Assembly: GCF_006345805.1 (NCBI RefSeq) | Contig: NC_043000.1 | Span: 62,744,001-62,808,000 of the forward strand | DNA from: Octopus sinensis | Lineage: Eukaryota | DNA length: 64,000 bases | Direction: 5' to 3' | Part shown: positions 24,279 to 39,101 of the stretch, in pieces | Layout: each line of letters opens with the position of its first letter | How positions within the stretch are numbered: the stretch's first letter is position 1 | Notes under the pieces: generated by a model | Databases searched by the model: none | The model's input: only the letters and a program-made list of their open reading frames with translations | Told to the model about the DNA's origin: nothing | Translations under genes and position numbers: made by a program

Positions 24279-27200
24279 CATACATATATATATATATATA
24301 TACATACATACACACGCACATAGTGTATGTGTGTATTGTACACATGTGTATATGAATATTTGCATATTCAAACATAGATACATACTTATATCCTTCTACT
24401 TAGTCCACTGTACCTGCCTCTTTTATCCTTCTACTATTCTATCACCTCTTGACTTTACCTGCTTTTTCTCATTCCTTTATTCTTCTCACACTGTTTGTCC
24501 CATCACTTCCTGTTCAAGGATGATGCTCACGTGGTCTTGCATTTCTTATCAGTTGCAGCCATTTTTTTCTTTTTTAACTTAGAGGAACATTGAATTTTTA
24601 ACTCATTATGGCAAGTTCACTGTACACTTTTTATCAATCTTACTTCATATTAGTTTTGATACAGAGACCAACTCCAGCTTTCTTTGCAGTTTGTTTGGCC
24701 ATTTATAATTACATTTGGTGGAACAAACAAAAAGAAACTGAACAAAACAAAAGAGGTAGAATGGGCAGTGAAAGTAAAGTGATTGAAACTATTGAACAGT
24801 TTGAACATTTAATTTCAGCTTATTGAGTTCAATTCCTGTAGAGATCAACTTTGTCTTTCATTTTCATTTCGATCGATATGATTATAATTACAAACCTTCT
24901 ACTAAATGCAGCCTTTTACGTTCTGAGTTGAGTTCTGTCTTTCGCCCCACTTCCAGGCTCCACAAAATAAGTATCAGGTCACCCCTACTCCACGCTGGGG
25001 TCAATTAAATATATATTAATAATGCAGCACTATGGTTGATTTAATCAAATTTACCCTTTTCCTAAAGTGCTTTAGTTTGTGATAATGAAGTCTCCATAAT
25101 CTGCTAGAAACAGCAGCTGGATCTACCCTGCTAAATCACATCTACTGTCATGGAAAAAAGAATAATACACTGGATAATTTAATACTTGATGTACTTACAC
25201 CATGACTTAGAATTTGGATAGTCATTCCTGGCATGCTGTTGATCATAGTTCTGCTCTGTCAGGGATAGTATGGGGCTAAATAATACCTCAGTACAACAAT
25301 AACACAACAGCAACATGGATATTTAAATTTGTGAGAAAAGTAGCGACGTGATAACTGTGGTAGAGGATTGAATTATACATCTTTATAGGGTTCGTATAAT
25401 AAAACAGAATCTAGAAACAACTGACATATTGCATCAGCAAAAAAGTATTCAACTAGTTCAGGCATTTTTGTTTTCTTCCATTAGGAAGAAGATAAGTCTG
25501 ACGTTTCATGTGCTAGTCCTTCTTCGGATAGAGAAAAATAAAAATAAAAGAAGATTTAAACACAAGCAAACACATGAATGAGAAAATGAAGAGGAGAAAT
25601 GATATTGAAGGATAGATGTGAAGAGAGTGGGGAAATCCTGTATGTGATTGTATGAGTTGTGTGTGTGGAGGTTTAAGTGGTGAAGAGTAGGATATGAGAG
25701 GAAATAATATGAAGGAGAGTGGTAGTTGTGGGTAGGATAGAGGAAGACAGGGAAAACTGAAAGATAAGAAAGTAAAGGACATAACCATAACAGCAAAGTG
25801 AAGAAGTGTTTTGTTTTCCTAACAGGCATAATTTTTTTTATTGTAATCATCTATTCCGTAGGCAATCTTTTGTTTGTTGCAATTCAAACTCCATTCTTAA
25901 CTATCGTTGAAAACAATTTTGTGGTTATATAAATCTTTTGATATTAAATATGGATGTAAAGGCAGTATAGATGAAACAGGAGTAAAAGGTTTTTTTTTTT
26001 TGCTATTAGCATGCATTTGTGAACAATAGTGTCACTGGCAATATATAGGGATCAAACCAACCAATTACCAGTTCACTTAAGCATTTACAATATTTAGTTC
26101 TGTTCTGTAACGTTCTTTATTCATTTACCTCTGCCGTCTACTTCAACTTTTTATCTATTTAAAAATTTATAAAAACGTCGTTGATAAGCTAAGATAGTTT
26201 TATTTGATTGCATATAAAACGTAAGTGTATGTCTATACAAAATGTATTGAGTCGATTTAATCGATTAGCCCTAAAAATTGCAAGCCTTGTGCTTAAATTA
26301 GAAATATCTATGCCTGAAATTATCATTCTAATTCATTTGAAGCTAAAAGATTACTAAAAATATATTATCCAATATTATGTTGGATAATACAAATTTGATA
26401 TTTGCCTAACTATATTTTATCGACAACGTTTCTATTTTTAAAACAAACTTTATATTTATTTCTCCAGAAACCACGATTCCAGTAAATGGTTCACATGTAA
26501 TGTTGCCTTTCAAACATTTAATGGTTTTGTGAGTGCGTGTGTGTGTGTGTGTGTGCGTGAGAGAGAGAGAGAGATGATTATTGATTGATAATTTCTAAGA
26601 GACAATAATATCAGTACATTATTGATTTTTGCAGTATTTTCCAGTATCTCTGTTTATTACGTTTCCGATTTTTTAAAAATCGGTCTTACTATAAAAACAG
26701 TTTTTGATGGCCGAAGACGATGGGATTTCTTTGTCGAGAATGCTTTTTTTCCATTTTTGCTTTCAATTTGCTATTTGTATATTATTTGGTTATTGGTTAT
26801 GGTGAACCAGTAATTGGTTGTATTGAACCAACAGTTTTTTCTCTCTTTATTTTCTTCAGTACTCATTGATTGACCATAAGTGGGTTTCTTTTCATTTGCA
26901 TTTTTACCTCGTTTTTAAAAAATTGTGACATTTATTTTTACCATTTTTCAAATGGAACTCTTCCTTTCTTCTGTTTATTGCTTTTATAAAACAGGCTAGA
27001 AAGATGAGATTCCCACGTATGCTTTTCTTCATAACGCGCAAAATAAAAAAAAAGCTAAGAGAGAAAAAAAGACAGTTTGTTAGCCATTCACCTGTTACAT
27101 GAGTACTCTACCAGCTGTACATTTATCAAGTAAAATAAACATCATTGGTTTGCTTTAACACGGACGAATCTCGTGGCTAAGAATGAAACCAGAGACTTGC

Positions 27201-28769
27201 CTGAAAACTCCAGGTCCATTGTTTGCCTAAACATTATATACAAACTGTACACAAGCTGCCTCAACCAATTCCTTCAGGATCCTTGAGTCCAACACACACA
27301 CACACATACATATTTTTTTTTTTTTTTTTTGCAATCTACCAAATTTTACTCTTAGGAATTCAATCAAGCAAACGTTAGCGTTGACGTCAGTTAATGTTTT
27401 GCAAAGAAGTATCCAATCTGGAAACACATTGTTTAAACCGAACTTCTTGCCGACGCTGACATACTTGCACATATAAGAAAAACACAGGAATTAATAACAA
27501 AAAAAAAAAAATCAAAATAACAAAGAAATCAAAAATAGGAGATAACAAATCCAAGATTCTTATGAGGCTTAATGTTATAGCAGAGTACATATGATACCTT
27601 TCATAGAAATGAATCTAAAATAATTAATTTTTGTATAAAAAGAAATAAAAGAAAAGAAACCAGTATTCCAAAGAATTCAATAAGAGAAAATCGAAAGGAT
27701 TTTTACAAAAATAATCTACAGACACCAGTGAAACGAATTATAAATAAAACATGAATGCGTAATTAAACAAAACGAAATAGTTAATATTTGTATAAGAGAA
27801 AGAGACTAGATTAATTATATGCCAGTAATATCAGGCAATGACTGGTCAGGTGTTCAAATATTGATATCGTAAAACGCTTCGTGAGCTGTCTAGCAAATTT
27901 AATTTGAATGTTTGTTATGCAAAGAAAAGAGTTCGATTGGAGACGTAATTTTTACAAACATGTTATTTTTTAGTGCGACGAAGTAAATAATATACTGTCA
28001 TTTGAGATTGAATTAATTTAGTAAGAATCAGTTGCAATAGTTAATCAGTTTAAGGTGATTCAATTACAGCTTCACTGAAATATGTCACTTTGGCCCAGAC
28101 TAGTAATCAAAAGTTAATACAAACTGGGTGAATTATTTTTTCTTTCATTTATAGAAGTTAACTGCTGATCTGAGATATGTTCCAAACTTTTTTTAAGAAG
28201 CTAGAGGTATACTGAAGATTATTGACCGTTATTAAACAAATAAATTATTTCATTTCATTAATTTCCTTAATTCTGAAAACTTTTTGAGAATTTCCGATGT
28301 GATAGCTCCTTTAAATTTTTAGGAGAGCAGAGTTCTGCCTTTAGTAATTAGAGAAGAAATTAGTCTATATGTAATTCTGCTTGTTCGTTCGCCAGTAATA
28401 CTTACGTTAGTTAATGAGGTGGATGTGGAGTGAGAAGTATCGTGAAAGAGAGAGAGAGGGAAGAGTGAGAGAAAGAGTAGGGAAAAAAGAAGAAAGGAAG
28501 AAGTTGAGAAAGATCTATAACATACTAAAGCCAAATGCGTCAAATGGTAAGCTGAAGGGAGAGGCGAAGAGCGAGAGAAAAAGACAATGAGAGAAAAAAG
28601 GAGAACGACGTGCTGTAGGGCGAGGGGGAGGAATAGTTATTAGGTGGTTAAAAAGTTAGCTGGAGGAAAAGATATGTTTAGGATGCAATATTTAGCAGAG
28701 GGTGATGTTCTGATGATGAGGTTAAAGAAAAGTAGTTATAGAGAGATGGACTGGGGAAACAGTTATATT

Positions 28770-28807
<38 letters not shown>

Positions 28808-29763
28808 GAGGCAGAGAACGTTTGTATTGTCAGACTAAAGGTATATCGACAGCATCAAAAAGTAGATATAAACAAACAAATGAAATGAAATTAAATTAAG
28901 TGAGCCTTGTTACTGAAAACTATAGTGGTGATGATGATGGTGGTGGTGTGTTGATAGTGAATTTTTTTTTTTTATGGAACTAATTTTCTTATAGTGCCCA
29001 TCGCTTATTGCATGCGCATAAGTGCAATTATTTATCGACAGCTCGCTTGAAAATTGATATTTATTTATAAGGGTTAATTTATCGCCATAAATATGGATTC
29101 ACAAGACTATGGATTATCAAGAAAGACGGTTGCAAGCTGCTCGAAAAAGGATAAGCACATATAGAGTTCGGATCAGAGAGGAACAGCGAAAAGATACAAT
29201 AAAAAGAAAAAAAAAAGACAACACCGACGGAGACGTGAGGGAATAAATGTAGACAAAGTATATTTAAAGAAGCTAAACTAAGAATGCTATAAAAAATACA
29301 AACAACCTTTTCTTTCTTAAACAGGTCCTCTTAATCTTTTTTCATTCCGGGGAATTTACATGGGTCCCACTAGTAGTGAAATAATCAAAGAATGATTTGT
29401 TAATATTTTTAAAGATCACCTAACTCAAGGTTTCTTTACTTCTGTTCCAGATGACTAAACGTAGGTTATGTTTTGTAGAGAAAGAAATTTAGTAAACTGA
29501 ACTGATTTAATAAGTATATTTTAGTAACTTAAATGACTAAGAGCTATAAAACAAATCGAGCGCTAGTAGAAGTGATACAGAATGTTAGCGTTATTATTGT
29601 ACATACGAGAACTAACCAGGGGTATACGTTTGATTACAAGCAGTTTGCTTTTTGTTTCCTTTTCACGCACACACGCACTTACTCAAATATATGCATGTAC
29701 ATGCACGCTTATACACGCGCGCACACGTGAGTGTGTGAGAGAATACATACATACATACATACA

Positions 29764-29823
<60 letters not shown>

Positions 29824-30193
29824 TATACATATATACATACATATATTTCATCGAAAGACACCTGTTGTCATGTCCTGTTATTTGTATTTGTGTAACATTT
29901 CTGTGTTTATTTTTTCGCCTTTTTGCTTTCGTCCTTGTTTTCGTATACATTCGCTGCTTTCTTCCAAGGAATGTAATGCTCTTAGCTTATTTTTCCTTGG
30001 GGCTGGCCAGATTGGAGCAATCTCGAGTATAACCAGCTGAAATTGCAAAGATAATCTGAAACTCGACTGAGGATAGAAAACTCAGAATGATCCGTTCTTG
30101 TTTTCCTTGTATCGTCTGTCTGGATATTTTGTTTTTCTTTTTTTTTTGTTTCACCTAACTCTATGGATGTTTTCCGTTCTTGTTCCATTTTTG

Positions 30194-30196
<3 letters not shown>

Positions 30197-30270
<74 letters not shown>
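30197..30270. repeat. (TA)n microsatellite
   Basis: Direct inspection. Confidence 0.95.
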
Positions 30271-30274
<4 letters not shown>

Positions 30275-31297
30275 GAAATATGATTCCAAACTTACAGGGA
30301 AAAATTTAATTTAGTAATACTAAATCAAATTTCACAATATATAATACATGTATATAAATTAGAGAAGTACCACCATGAAGCAATTCAACAATGATATATT
30401 TAAATCATACCATATAGAAACAAATTAAAGATACGATAAAACATTTACCTAAAACTAAATAAATTACTAAATAATAAATAAATAGTATATAATTAGTAAT
30501 TACTAATTATATACTATTTACATACTAATATATATAATTATCTTTTATCCTTTTAATATATACATTATTATAGAAAGATCTATCCGTTTAATATATACAT
30601 CTTCGAGCAAAATTCCCTCCTGTTTGGAATATTCAGATTGTTTAGTAAATACTGTAATGAATACTGAAAGTTTTCAACAAGACAGAAAAGTAATTTTCAG
30701 TCATTCATATGACTATCACTTTTCTCAATGAATGACGGCAACATACACACATAAGTTTCATGAAACCTAGAAAAAATAAATGAATGAATAAAACAATTCT
30801 AGTTGAATACGTTTAGTGATTGCCACAATGGTGTTCAGTAGGTTGAAATTACGTGGTTACGAAGGGACGTTGTTTTCATTATACATAACATGTAATGCTT
30901 GACAAAACTTGCAGACCTTCCTTCGCAACACATTTTACCGTAAACTGAATTGTAATTATTGGAATTTTCGTATTTTTCTTTTGTTTTCGTTATAACTGCA
31001 TCAGTTCCACGTTATGTTAACTTTCTCATGCGACATTAGTAACTAAACCTACTCATCCTCTATATTTTCTTGAAATCCTACATCGTATGCAAATGTCAAT
31101 AGATTTCCGAATTTGATACATAGACGTTTTGTGTATGGAAAACTTGTAAAAGTAATGGATACAATCTGGTCTTATATGTTTTCGATCCATGAACCCAAAA
31201 GCTGTCCCATTTTAAGCATCACACCAGATCTACGAAAGAGAGAAAAAAGAGGTCTGAACTTTTTGAGCTCCTAACTTTATTTTCTTCCTATCGTCAG

Positions 31298-31298
<1 letters not shown>

Positions 31299-31346
<48 letters not shown>

Positions 31347-31360
31347 CGTGTATGTGTGTA

Positions 31361-31455
<95 letters not shown>
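31299..31455. repeat. Compound (TG)n/(GATA)n/(GA)n microsatellite
   Basis: Direct inspection. Confidence 0.95.
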
Positions 31456-31457
<2 letters not shown>

Positions 31458-32099
31458 GTAGACTCGCGAACATTTGTGTGGTTACTAATTTGAATACCAG
31501 ATTCACTGCGGAACCTAACGAAGCATATTCACAAATCAAACAAGAAATATGAATTATGAAGGCTTTTTTGTTTGTTTGTTTGGCAACTTAAATTTTCTAA
31601 CTGAATCTCTTACAGAAACTTCTGACTAAAAAGAATTTGTTCTACAAGATCGATGAATCGTTTCTATTGGTCAACGATAATCTATATATCTAATTAATCC
31701 TACTGCATCAACAGTTCCAAAAGGACACATCATAAGCAATGAATGTCATTGGATTCGATCGGTTCTCTTGATGTGTACATAACAACATCTATTGGTTGAA
31801 ATGACTGATTGTGCAATGAAATAATCGATCGAAAACAACTAGTGCTGATTGATTTGTAGGATGTCAAAGATCGATCTGCATTTTGATATACTGTATAAAA
31901 TTTGACAATATTTCACTGCAGACGAAAGTCCATTTTATATCAGTTTTATCTTCGAAAAATTACAAAAAATATTTGTTTGTTTCGTTCATTTGTGATGGTG
32001 AGTCTAATAAAGTTCAGTATGAAACAACTATAATACTCTTGGTCTTACAAAATATTCAACCGTACAAAAGTACTCAGCTGAATTTAGGTGGGAAAGGAA

Positions 32100-33024
32100 G
32101 AGTCGAGAAGATGACCCAAATTCTGGACGTCTTACAACTGTCACAACCGAGGAAAACATGGATCATATTCACCACATGTTGATGGACGGCAAGCCAATGC
32201 TATTAGCAGATACCGCAAGAGAGCTGAGAATATTCTGCACAATGAACTTGGCATGACGAAGGTTTCTGCTCGGTGGGTGGCACGTTTCCAGACATTTGAT
32301 TAAAAGCGCACCAGGCTGATCAGATTACGAGAAAATCTTACATCGGTTGAGACAGATCCAACTAGTTTCTTTGAACGTTTTCTAACCCAGGATGAGTGTT
32401 GGGTTCATCAATTTGAGCCAAAGACAAAGCAGCAATCCACGCAGAAAAAATACACCCTCCTTGCCTGCTCCAGAGAAGGCCTAGATCGTTTCTTTTGCAG
32501 AGAAGGTGATGCAAGTCGGGATGCAAAAGGTATTGTGCTTATTGACTATCTTTAAAACAGACAAACTATCAATGGAGAGTACTAAGCTAGCTTCCTGAAG
32601 CGGTTACGAAAGGCTATCAAGACCAAACGCCCAAGAAAAGTGAGCATTGGTTCATCAGGACAATGCTCCAGCATCTAAGTCCTTGGTTTTAATGGCTGCT
32701 GTGCATAACTGTGGTTTTGAACTGCTTGATCACCCACCCGATTCTTCTAATTTGGCCCCATCTGACTATCATCTGTTCCCCAATATGAAAAAAACCCAAC
32801 CTGGATGGGAATCAATGTCGTAGTGATGATGACGTCAGATCTGTTGTTGAAGAATTCTTTGACCAACAAGATGAAATCTTCTTCACCAATAGGATCCAAG
32901 CGCTGCAAAACCGATGGATGAAGTGTGTGGACCGTAAGGGGGACTATGTTGAAAAATAGATTTCATTTGATCACGCACCATGAGAATATTTTGGTCAGAT
33001 TATAAACTTTTCAGCTGACCTTCG
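32100..33024 (+). mobile_element. 5'-truncated degenerate mariner transposase with 3' TIR
   Basis: Fragments EDDPNSGR..TTEEN, KVSARWVAR, TQDECWVH, HQDNAPA, HPPDSSNLAPSDYHLFP and RWMKCVDRKGDYVEK. The end 'aacttttcagctgaccttcg' is TIR-like. Confidence 0.88.
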
Positions 33025-33035
33025 TGTGTGTGTGT

Positions 33036-33068
<33 letters not shown>

Positions 33069-33229
33069 AACACCTACACATATATTCATCCCTCTTTTAT
33101 TATGGCTTAGTATCAAATCAGTTCTAGTGGAACACGACTATAATCAAAAGCGCTCCACTCATGGCCACCCAATCGTTTTCTCTTTCTCTGTTTCTTCCTC
33201 ATATATATAATAACAATAATCTGGTGTAT

Positions 33230-33875
33230 GAATGGGTCAACGACGACTAAACCGGCACCCCTACTAGGTTTGCCTAATGAAGAGGATCGCTAGAAACCGA
33301 GTAGGATTAAAAATAAGACCTGCCAAAAGGACAGCTGAACCTGGAGTAGGTAAAAGTACTAGCTAGCAATAGCATAGTATGGGCCCTCAGAAATTTCGAG
33401 TTGGTGACCGGCGTGCTGGAAGACCACTGAGAATGAGCCCCCCCTCCTTATCTTAGCTTTTCTTAAAGCGTGTCTCTAGGCGAAGGCCGCTCTGATATAA
33501 AACCAGATTGCAGGGAATGGCATCTTTTTCTTGTGCTTGAGTACAGGGCGCCCCCACATTACTGAGTCTGCGAATCGTATTGGTACTGGATATCTTGCAC
33601 TAACTTGTATCTGGATCACGTCAGTAGGACGAAGAAGGTTTGTGAGGTACTGTGCAAGCCTTATTGTCCCTAAAATTTTAGGTTGTGCAATTACTGACGA
33701 GGCGACTCTTCGTTGCCCGGTCGAATATAAGAGCGTCATGGCGAGTACGGAAGCCGCGGACGTTATTCTGGGTGGAGCCGACTGCGGGTGCAATAACCTT
33801 AAGCACAGACATTGCTAATAATTTGCTTGGGCAATGGTCAATGATAGTCTTCCTCGGTCACGAGTGGCTTGTTAT
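33230..33875 (+). mobile_element. Non-coding, GC-richer interspersed repeat (retroposon-like)
   Basis: Colinear with 44810-45452 (+) and partly similar to 43998-44550 (-). Confidence 0.65.
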
Positions 33876-33899
33876 CATGTGTGTGTGTGCGCGTGTGTG

Positions 33900-35871
33900 G
33901 GATCTTTTCCTTTTGAAAGCCAGATTTTCCTAGTTAACTAAACAATTTGAAACTTCGTATACTGGTAGAATGTGTCAAAAGAAAACATAATTGTAAACCA
34001 AAATGAAAACGGAATTGTAATTTCTAAGTTTAACGTTGTTTAAAAATTCGAATTTTAACCAATGATATTCTTTCTTTCGGCCTCATATTATTTACTGCTT
34101 CTCAAAATATTGTTACTGTGACGTAAACAGCTATTTTGCGACGTAGTTAACATAGCTAAAATGTAAACATCACCGTCCCATATAACAAAGTCCTAAACAG
34201 ACAGAATAATAATAAAAATACGGCGGGCTTTCGAAATAGCTGTCGAGAATAAAATGAAATTTCGATGGTAAATTTTTGGAGGGGTTTCGGTAATTTTCGT
34301 CACTCTAAAATACATGTAATTCGCATTAAATCTTATTTTTCTGAAAAATCCACGTTTTAAAACATTTTAACTGCCCACCACTTCATCGTGCCTTTGGAGT
34401 AGGTGCCACACTTGGGATGGTCAAACCTAGAATACCTTTCATCATAGGTAATTGCTTGGAGTTCACCTTGAGAGCTAAAACTATATATTTAGTTTCGATA
34501 TAAAAAATAAAATTGCACAAAATTTTGGCACAAGACCAACAATTTGGGAGGAGGGGTTAATCGATTACATTGACTGGTACTTAATTGATCATGAAAGGTA
34601 AAGTCGACGACGACGGTAACGTGAGAAGTCGGAAGAAATGCCACAAGGTATTTTGTCCGACGCACGAACGATTCTGCCAGCTTGCCCCACCTCTTCCTTA
34701 ATAATATTTCTTTCCCCAGTAAGTACAAGGCCTGAAGCTGATGGGAAGAACTAGTCGATTGTATTCAACTGGTACTTATTCTATAAGCGCCGCCCGAAAG
34801 AAGGAAAGCTCAGCAATATTCGAACACGGAACGTAAAGATTCGTAAGAAATGACGCTAGGCATTTTATCCGATGCACTACCGATTCTGCCAGCTTTACAT
34901 TATATTTTTCGTCGAAGTTTAACTATGTTACCTTGATGATATATTTTTACGCGTGGACAAATAATAGAGAGATAATGTGGATCAGATGATATTACATGCT
35001 GACAAGGGCTTGGTAAAGGACTGTTAGAATGTTTAGGGATACGGTCCTATACGTTCGGGTTTCAACCCTCACCGGAATTCAAAACAAGCCGTCTGTTCTT
35101 CCACGGTCGAGAAAATACATCGAACAAGTATTGGAGATCGATATAAATGATTATACCCTCCACTCACCCCAATATATATGCTTTGTGTCTATAATCAATA
35201 TTACAAATATATTGTTATTACTGATAAACCCGGTTGAGGATCAAAGGGTTCCAACTATGACCAACCCGTATTTTTGCGCCCCCCCCTTTTTCAGATATAG
35301 CATCTATGATTATATTAGCCAATGTACCCTTCCTTTAACCCAGTAGTATATGGTTTTAAGGGGATTTGGGTGTTATTCCTAGCACATCGACGAGCGAAAA
35401 CGCAGAGGGGCCCTGATTATGTGCGAGTATGCGTATGGATGGGTACGTGTGTGTATGTGGGTGCATACAAGCCAAATAACCGGTTCAAGGCGTGTGTCAA
35501 ACTGAAGAATCAAAGCGTGTGCACAAGTTTATAGTAAATATATACATTGTATAGAGAAAACACCCGAAGACTATACAAAAACACTGAATATGTGTTTATT
35601 ATTCATCCAAAGTAAACGTCACAAAACAGCTGTTTACGTCACAGTAACAATATGTTTAGACGGAGCAAATAATTTCAACTCAATACAGAGAATACGATTG
35701 GTTAAAATTCGCAGATTTAAACTACGTTTAAACTTATAAAATACATTTTTGTCAAAAAAACTAGTTGAAATTATTGTTTTCTTTTGACACATTCTACCAG
35801 TATACGAAGTTTCAAATTATTTAGTTAACTAGAAAAATCTGAACAATCTGGCTTTCAAAAAGAAAAGATCC
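33900..35871. mobile_element. Foldback-like non-autonomous DNA element (Merlin-like GGATC ends) with nested SINEs
   Basis: Imperfect inverted arms of about 245 bp (33900-34145 vs 35612-35871). Flanks cgtgtgtg/cgtgtgga. SINE fragments at about 34550-34895. Confidence 0.75.
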
Positions 35872-36740
35872 CGTGTGGATGTGTGTGTGCTTGCGCGCGT
35901 GTGTGCGCTTGTGTGTGTATTGTCAAGCGGGAACAAACACAAAGACACTCTCTCACACTCACACACAACGGGCATTTATCAATTTGCCTCCATCAAATCT
36001 ACTCATAAAGATTTGCACGGCCCGAGACCATTGTAGACAATACTTTCCCAAAGTTCCACAGAGTGGGACTGGACCTGGAACCATTCTCTTATGTATTACC
36101 AAAACTTGAAAAACAAGCATCTAGCTATATGCTACCACACGTCAGCCACAAGATTTCTGTTCACCTTCAGTTTATTCCAACTTGGCATGCTAGCTGAAAA
36201 GCCTACTTCGTAGTTTGAATCTCATAACAATTGTTGTATATGCCAGAAATTCACAACGCTTTGGAGAAGGTTAGCTATACACTACGACAAAGAACTAATA
36301 AAATTCCACACACATTCATACACAGAACTGATTTTGATAAATTAAGCACTCGAAACAAATCAAATAGCAAAGATATATCAAATAGCTAATAAACAGCTTA
36401 CTTGAATATCTACTTATCAAAATGCTTCAACCAACTATTAACAAACGAAACTCCACCTTAGAATGGATACTAAAAGCTCCTCATAGATAATTACACTTTG
36501 GACATATAGAGAGATTATTACACACAGATATACACACAAGCACACATGTGTTAACATACGTACATGCAACACAAATGCATATAACCATATACTACACATT
36601 CAGATTTCAGCATCTATGTCTACACCACAACCTTTAATCTCATTTCAAAATGCAACCAAATTTCTCTTCACTCATATTGACATTGAAGATAGCGAGGTAT
36701 AGCAATGGACATTAATGGAGTACACCCAACTCTTACTTCT

Positions 36741-36825
<85 letters not shown>

Positions 36826-37991
36826 CTCGCTTTAGTAATAGTTTTTCACTTAAAACAATGCCTAATACCGTAAATATTACGGTATTACCGAATAATAATT
36901 TTCATTGATTCAAAGAACATAAGGACATTCACCTGTAACATTAACAACACAATTACATTCACCTGTAACACATTAACAATGCAATTAACCTTCCCTTTCG
37001 TACGATACTACCTGTGTGTGTGTACATAGATAAATGTTCTCGCAAAAAAAATGCGCAGTTTAATATACAACTTTTGAAAGGTGTAGAATCTATTTAAATT
37101 GTTTGTTGGTAAAAAGATTATTCCCTCCTAGCTAAAGATTTCATGCGATTGAGTTACCCAACCATATTCACCAGTAAGTATATAACGAGACTCAGTGATG
37201 AAAGAGGTTGATCAACACCAACCAACCGAAACAACTCGGTTTACCTAAAGTCAAAAAGTAAGCTATTACTGTAGTACGCAGCTAAATTTGCATATTTGTA
37301 CATAAGATGGCTCGTCAGTAACTATATACTATATATTTTATATAAATCATAGCGTGAATCAGAAGGACTAAAATAAACTTTAAATTGAGAAAGTCTTTGG
37401 ATATGAGAGAAATCATAACAATGTAAACACATTCCTCCTATTCGATGGGCTGAAAAACGAACAGGTATATATCCTTTAAAGAGCAGACAACAAACTGCGA
37501 AACGGTACTCCAGGGATTTCCTCATTCTTTTCCCGCACACTGAAAGCAAAGAAGTAATGTGTTTGTATTATAGTTTCCCATCACGAATGATTGCATAGCT
37601 AGAAGTGATTTACACTGCCATTGTGTGAGCTATTTTCATTTTGACTCATCTAGGCTTAAATACCCCAATATCAGCTCCACAAAGCTTTTTCGTTCCAGCG
37701 GTCACATGATAATTAAGCTGTGGTTTATATTTTTTAAAACATATTCTTTTTATTTCTCCGCATTTGATCTGTAGTAGAACAAATCTAAACTAAAAGACAA
37801 GGATTTCGGGGCGTTTGTTGCACATATGCCTATTAGTTCGCTCAAAGGAATTTGTCCAATACTATGATCTCGTATTTGTTGCCTATGAATAGTTAGTCTT
37901 GCTCTCAAAGTTTTGTTCGTCCCATTAAACGTTCGTTACAACCTTTACAGCCTACAACAAATTTTTTAATGTACACTTGAAGTGACTTTTT

Positions 37992-38409
37992 GGATCTTTT
38001 TGGTTTGAACGGCAGTTTTTTCTAGCGGTGTCATGTGAAATTGTCACCCATAATTATTACCCTAGTATCGATCTATTGCATTTCAATCTGTTTTACGATT
38101 AGGGTTAGTTAGGGTTAGGGGTGGGGGAAGGGTATCTTTTTTTTCTTCACAAATGTAAATAAACCCAATCTGTTTCTTAAACGAGGGGCATATTCATACG
38201 GCATAGAATGTTTATTACCTCAATGGACGTCATTGATTGGTTGAAATTGAAGAAAAACAACAACAAATATCTTACAAACTATAGAATTTTCTCAATAAAG
38301 CCAAGAGAAAAAGATGTTTTATAAACACATTCTACCAGTATACGAAGTTGAAAATTTTTTAGTTACCTAGAAATTATGTTAAAAACTGCCGTTCAAACCG
38401 AAAAGATCC
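37992..38409. mobile_element. Merlin-like MITE containing TTAGGG
   Basis: TIRs GGATCTTTT.GGTTTGAACGGCAGTTTTT. An inverted homologue of 46653-47015. Confidence 0.8.
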
Positions 38410-38924
38410 ATCTTTTTTACAGTAAAGATATGTCCTGATTTGAATTTATAGGATGTTTTTTTTTTTATATAAGGTAGATGTAAGTCCTGGAGTTGGGGCG
38501 AACACACGTTTTGACTATTGAAGTTATGTTTTTGGAAGACAATGCGGCACTGGTTTATAATTTTCTTAAAGAGCTTGGTTGTCTTTTGCTTCTAATTATT
38601 TTAAATATTACGAGTGCTTTCCACATCCTTAGGTCTTGAATCAATAAAGGGGTGTTTTGGTGGATAATATTGTATGTTCCTGTTTTCCTCGACTTTTGTG
38701 TTGTTATGATGGTTAAAGTATTTAGCTTATTGGAATTGGCTTTATTCTTCAGAATCTTTTAATGCTTTGGCACCATTATCAAGTAACATTGTTGAGTATA
38801 TTTGCTTTAGCTGGTCTTATTTCGAGTTTCAGAATTCGAAACGATTGAATATATTTTTCGTCCTAGCTTAATTGGTATATTTGTTTGATAAATTTTGATA
38901 TTTTTACCTCCACGATTTTCACTA

Positions 38925-39066
38925 CTTACTTAATTTATCGACTCCGAAAGGATGAAAGGCAAAGTCGACCTCGGCGAAATTTGACTGAACTCTGAAAGTA
39001 GTGACGGGCGAAATATCGCAAAGCATTTCGTCCAGCGTGCTAACCATTCTGCAAGCTCACCGCCTT
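38925..39066 (-). mobile_element. tRNA-derived SINE (same family as 17454)
   Basis: Reverse complement of GGCGGTGAGCT...CTTTCATCCTTTCGG. Confidence 0.8.
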
Positions 39067-39101
39067 AAAGGTGGGGAGTCTAATATTAATGCAAGTAGAA
39101 A

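Noticed and set aside
27060-27480. Possible minus-strand exon(s) with a CAG|GTGAAT donor near 27091
   Set aside because: No recognisable protein and no consistent acceptor or frame. It could be a non-coding exon, but this is unsupported.
33276-33306. CUAAUGA...GAAAC HHR-like string (also about 44870-44900)
   Set aside because: No convincing stem II or III, and the core differs in both copies.
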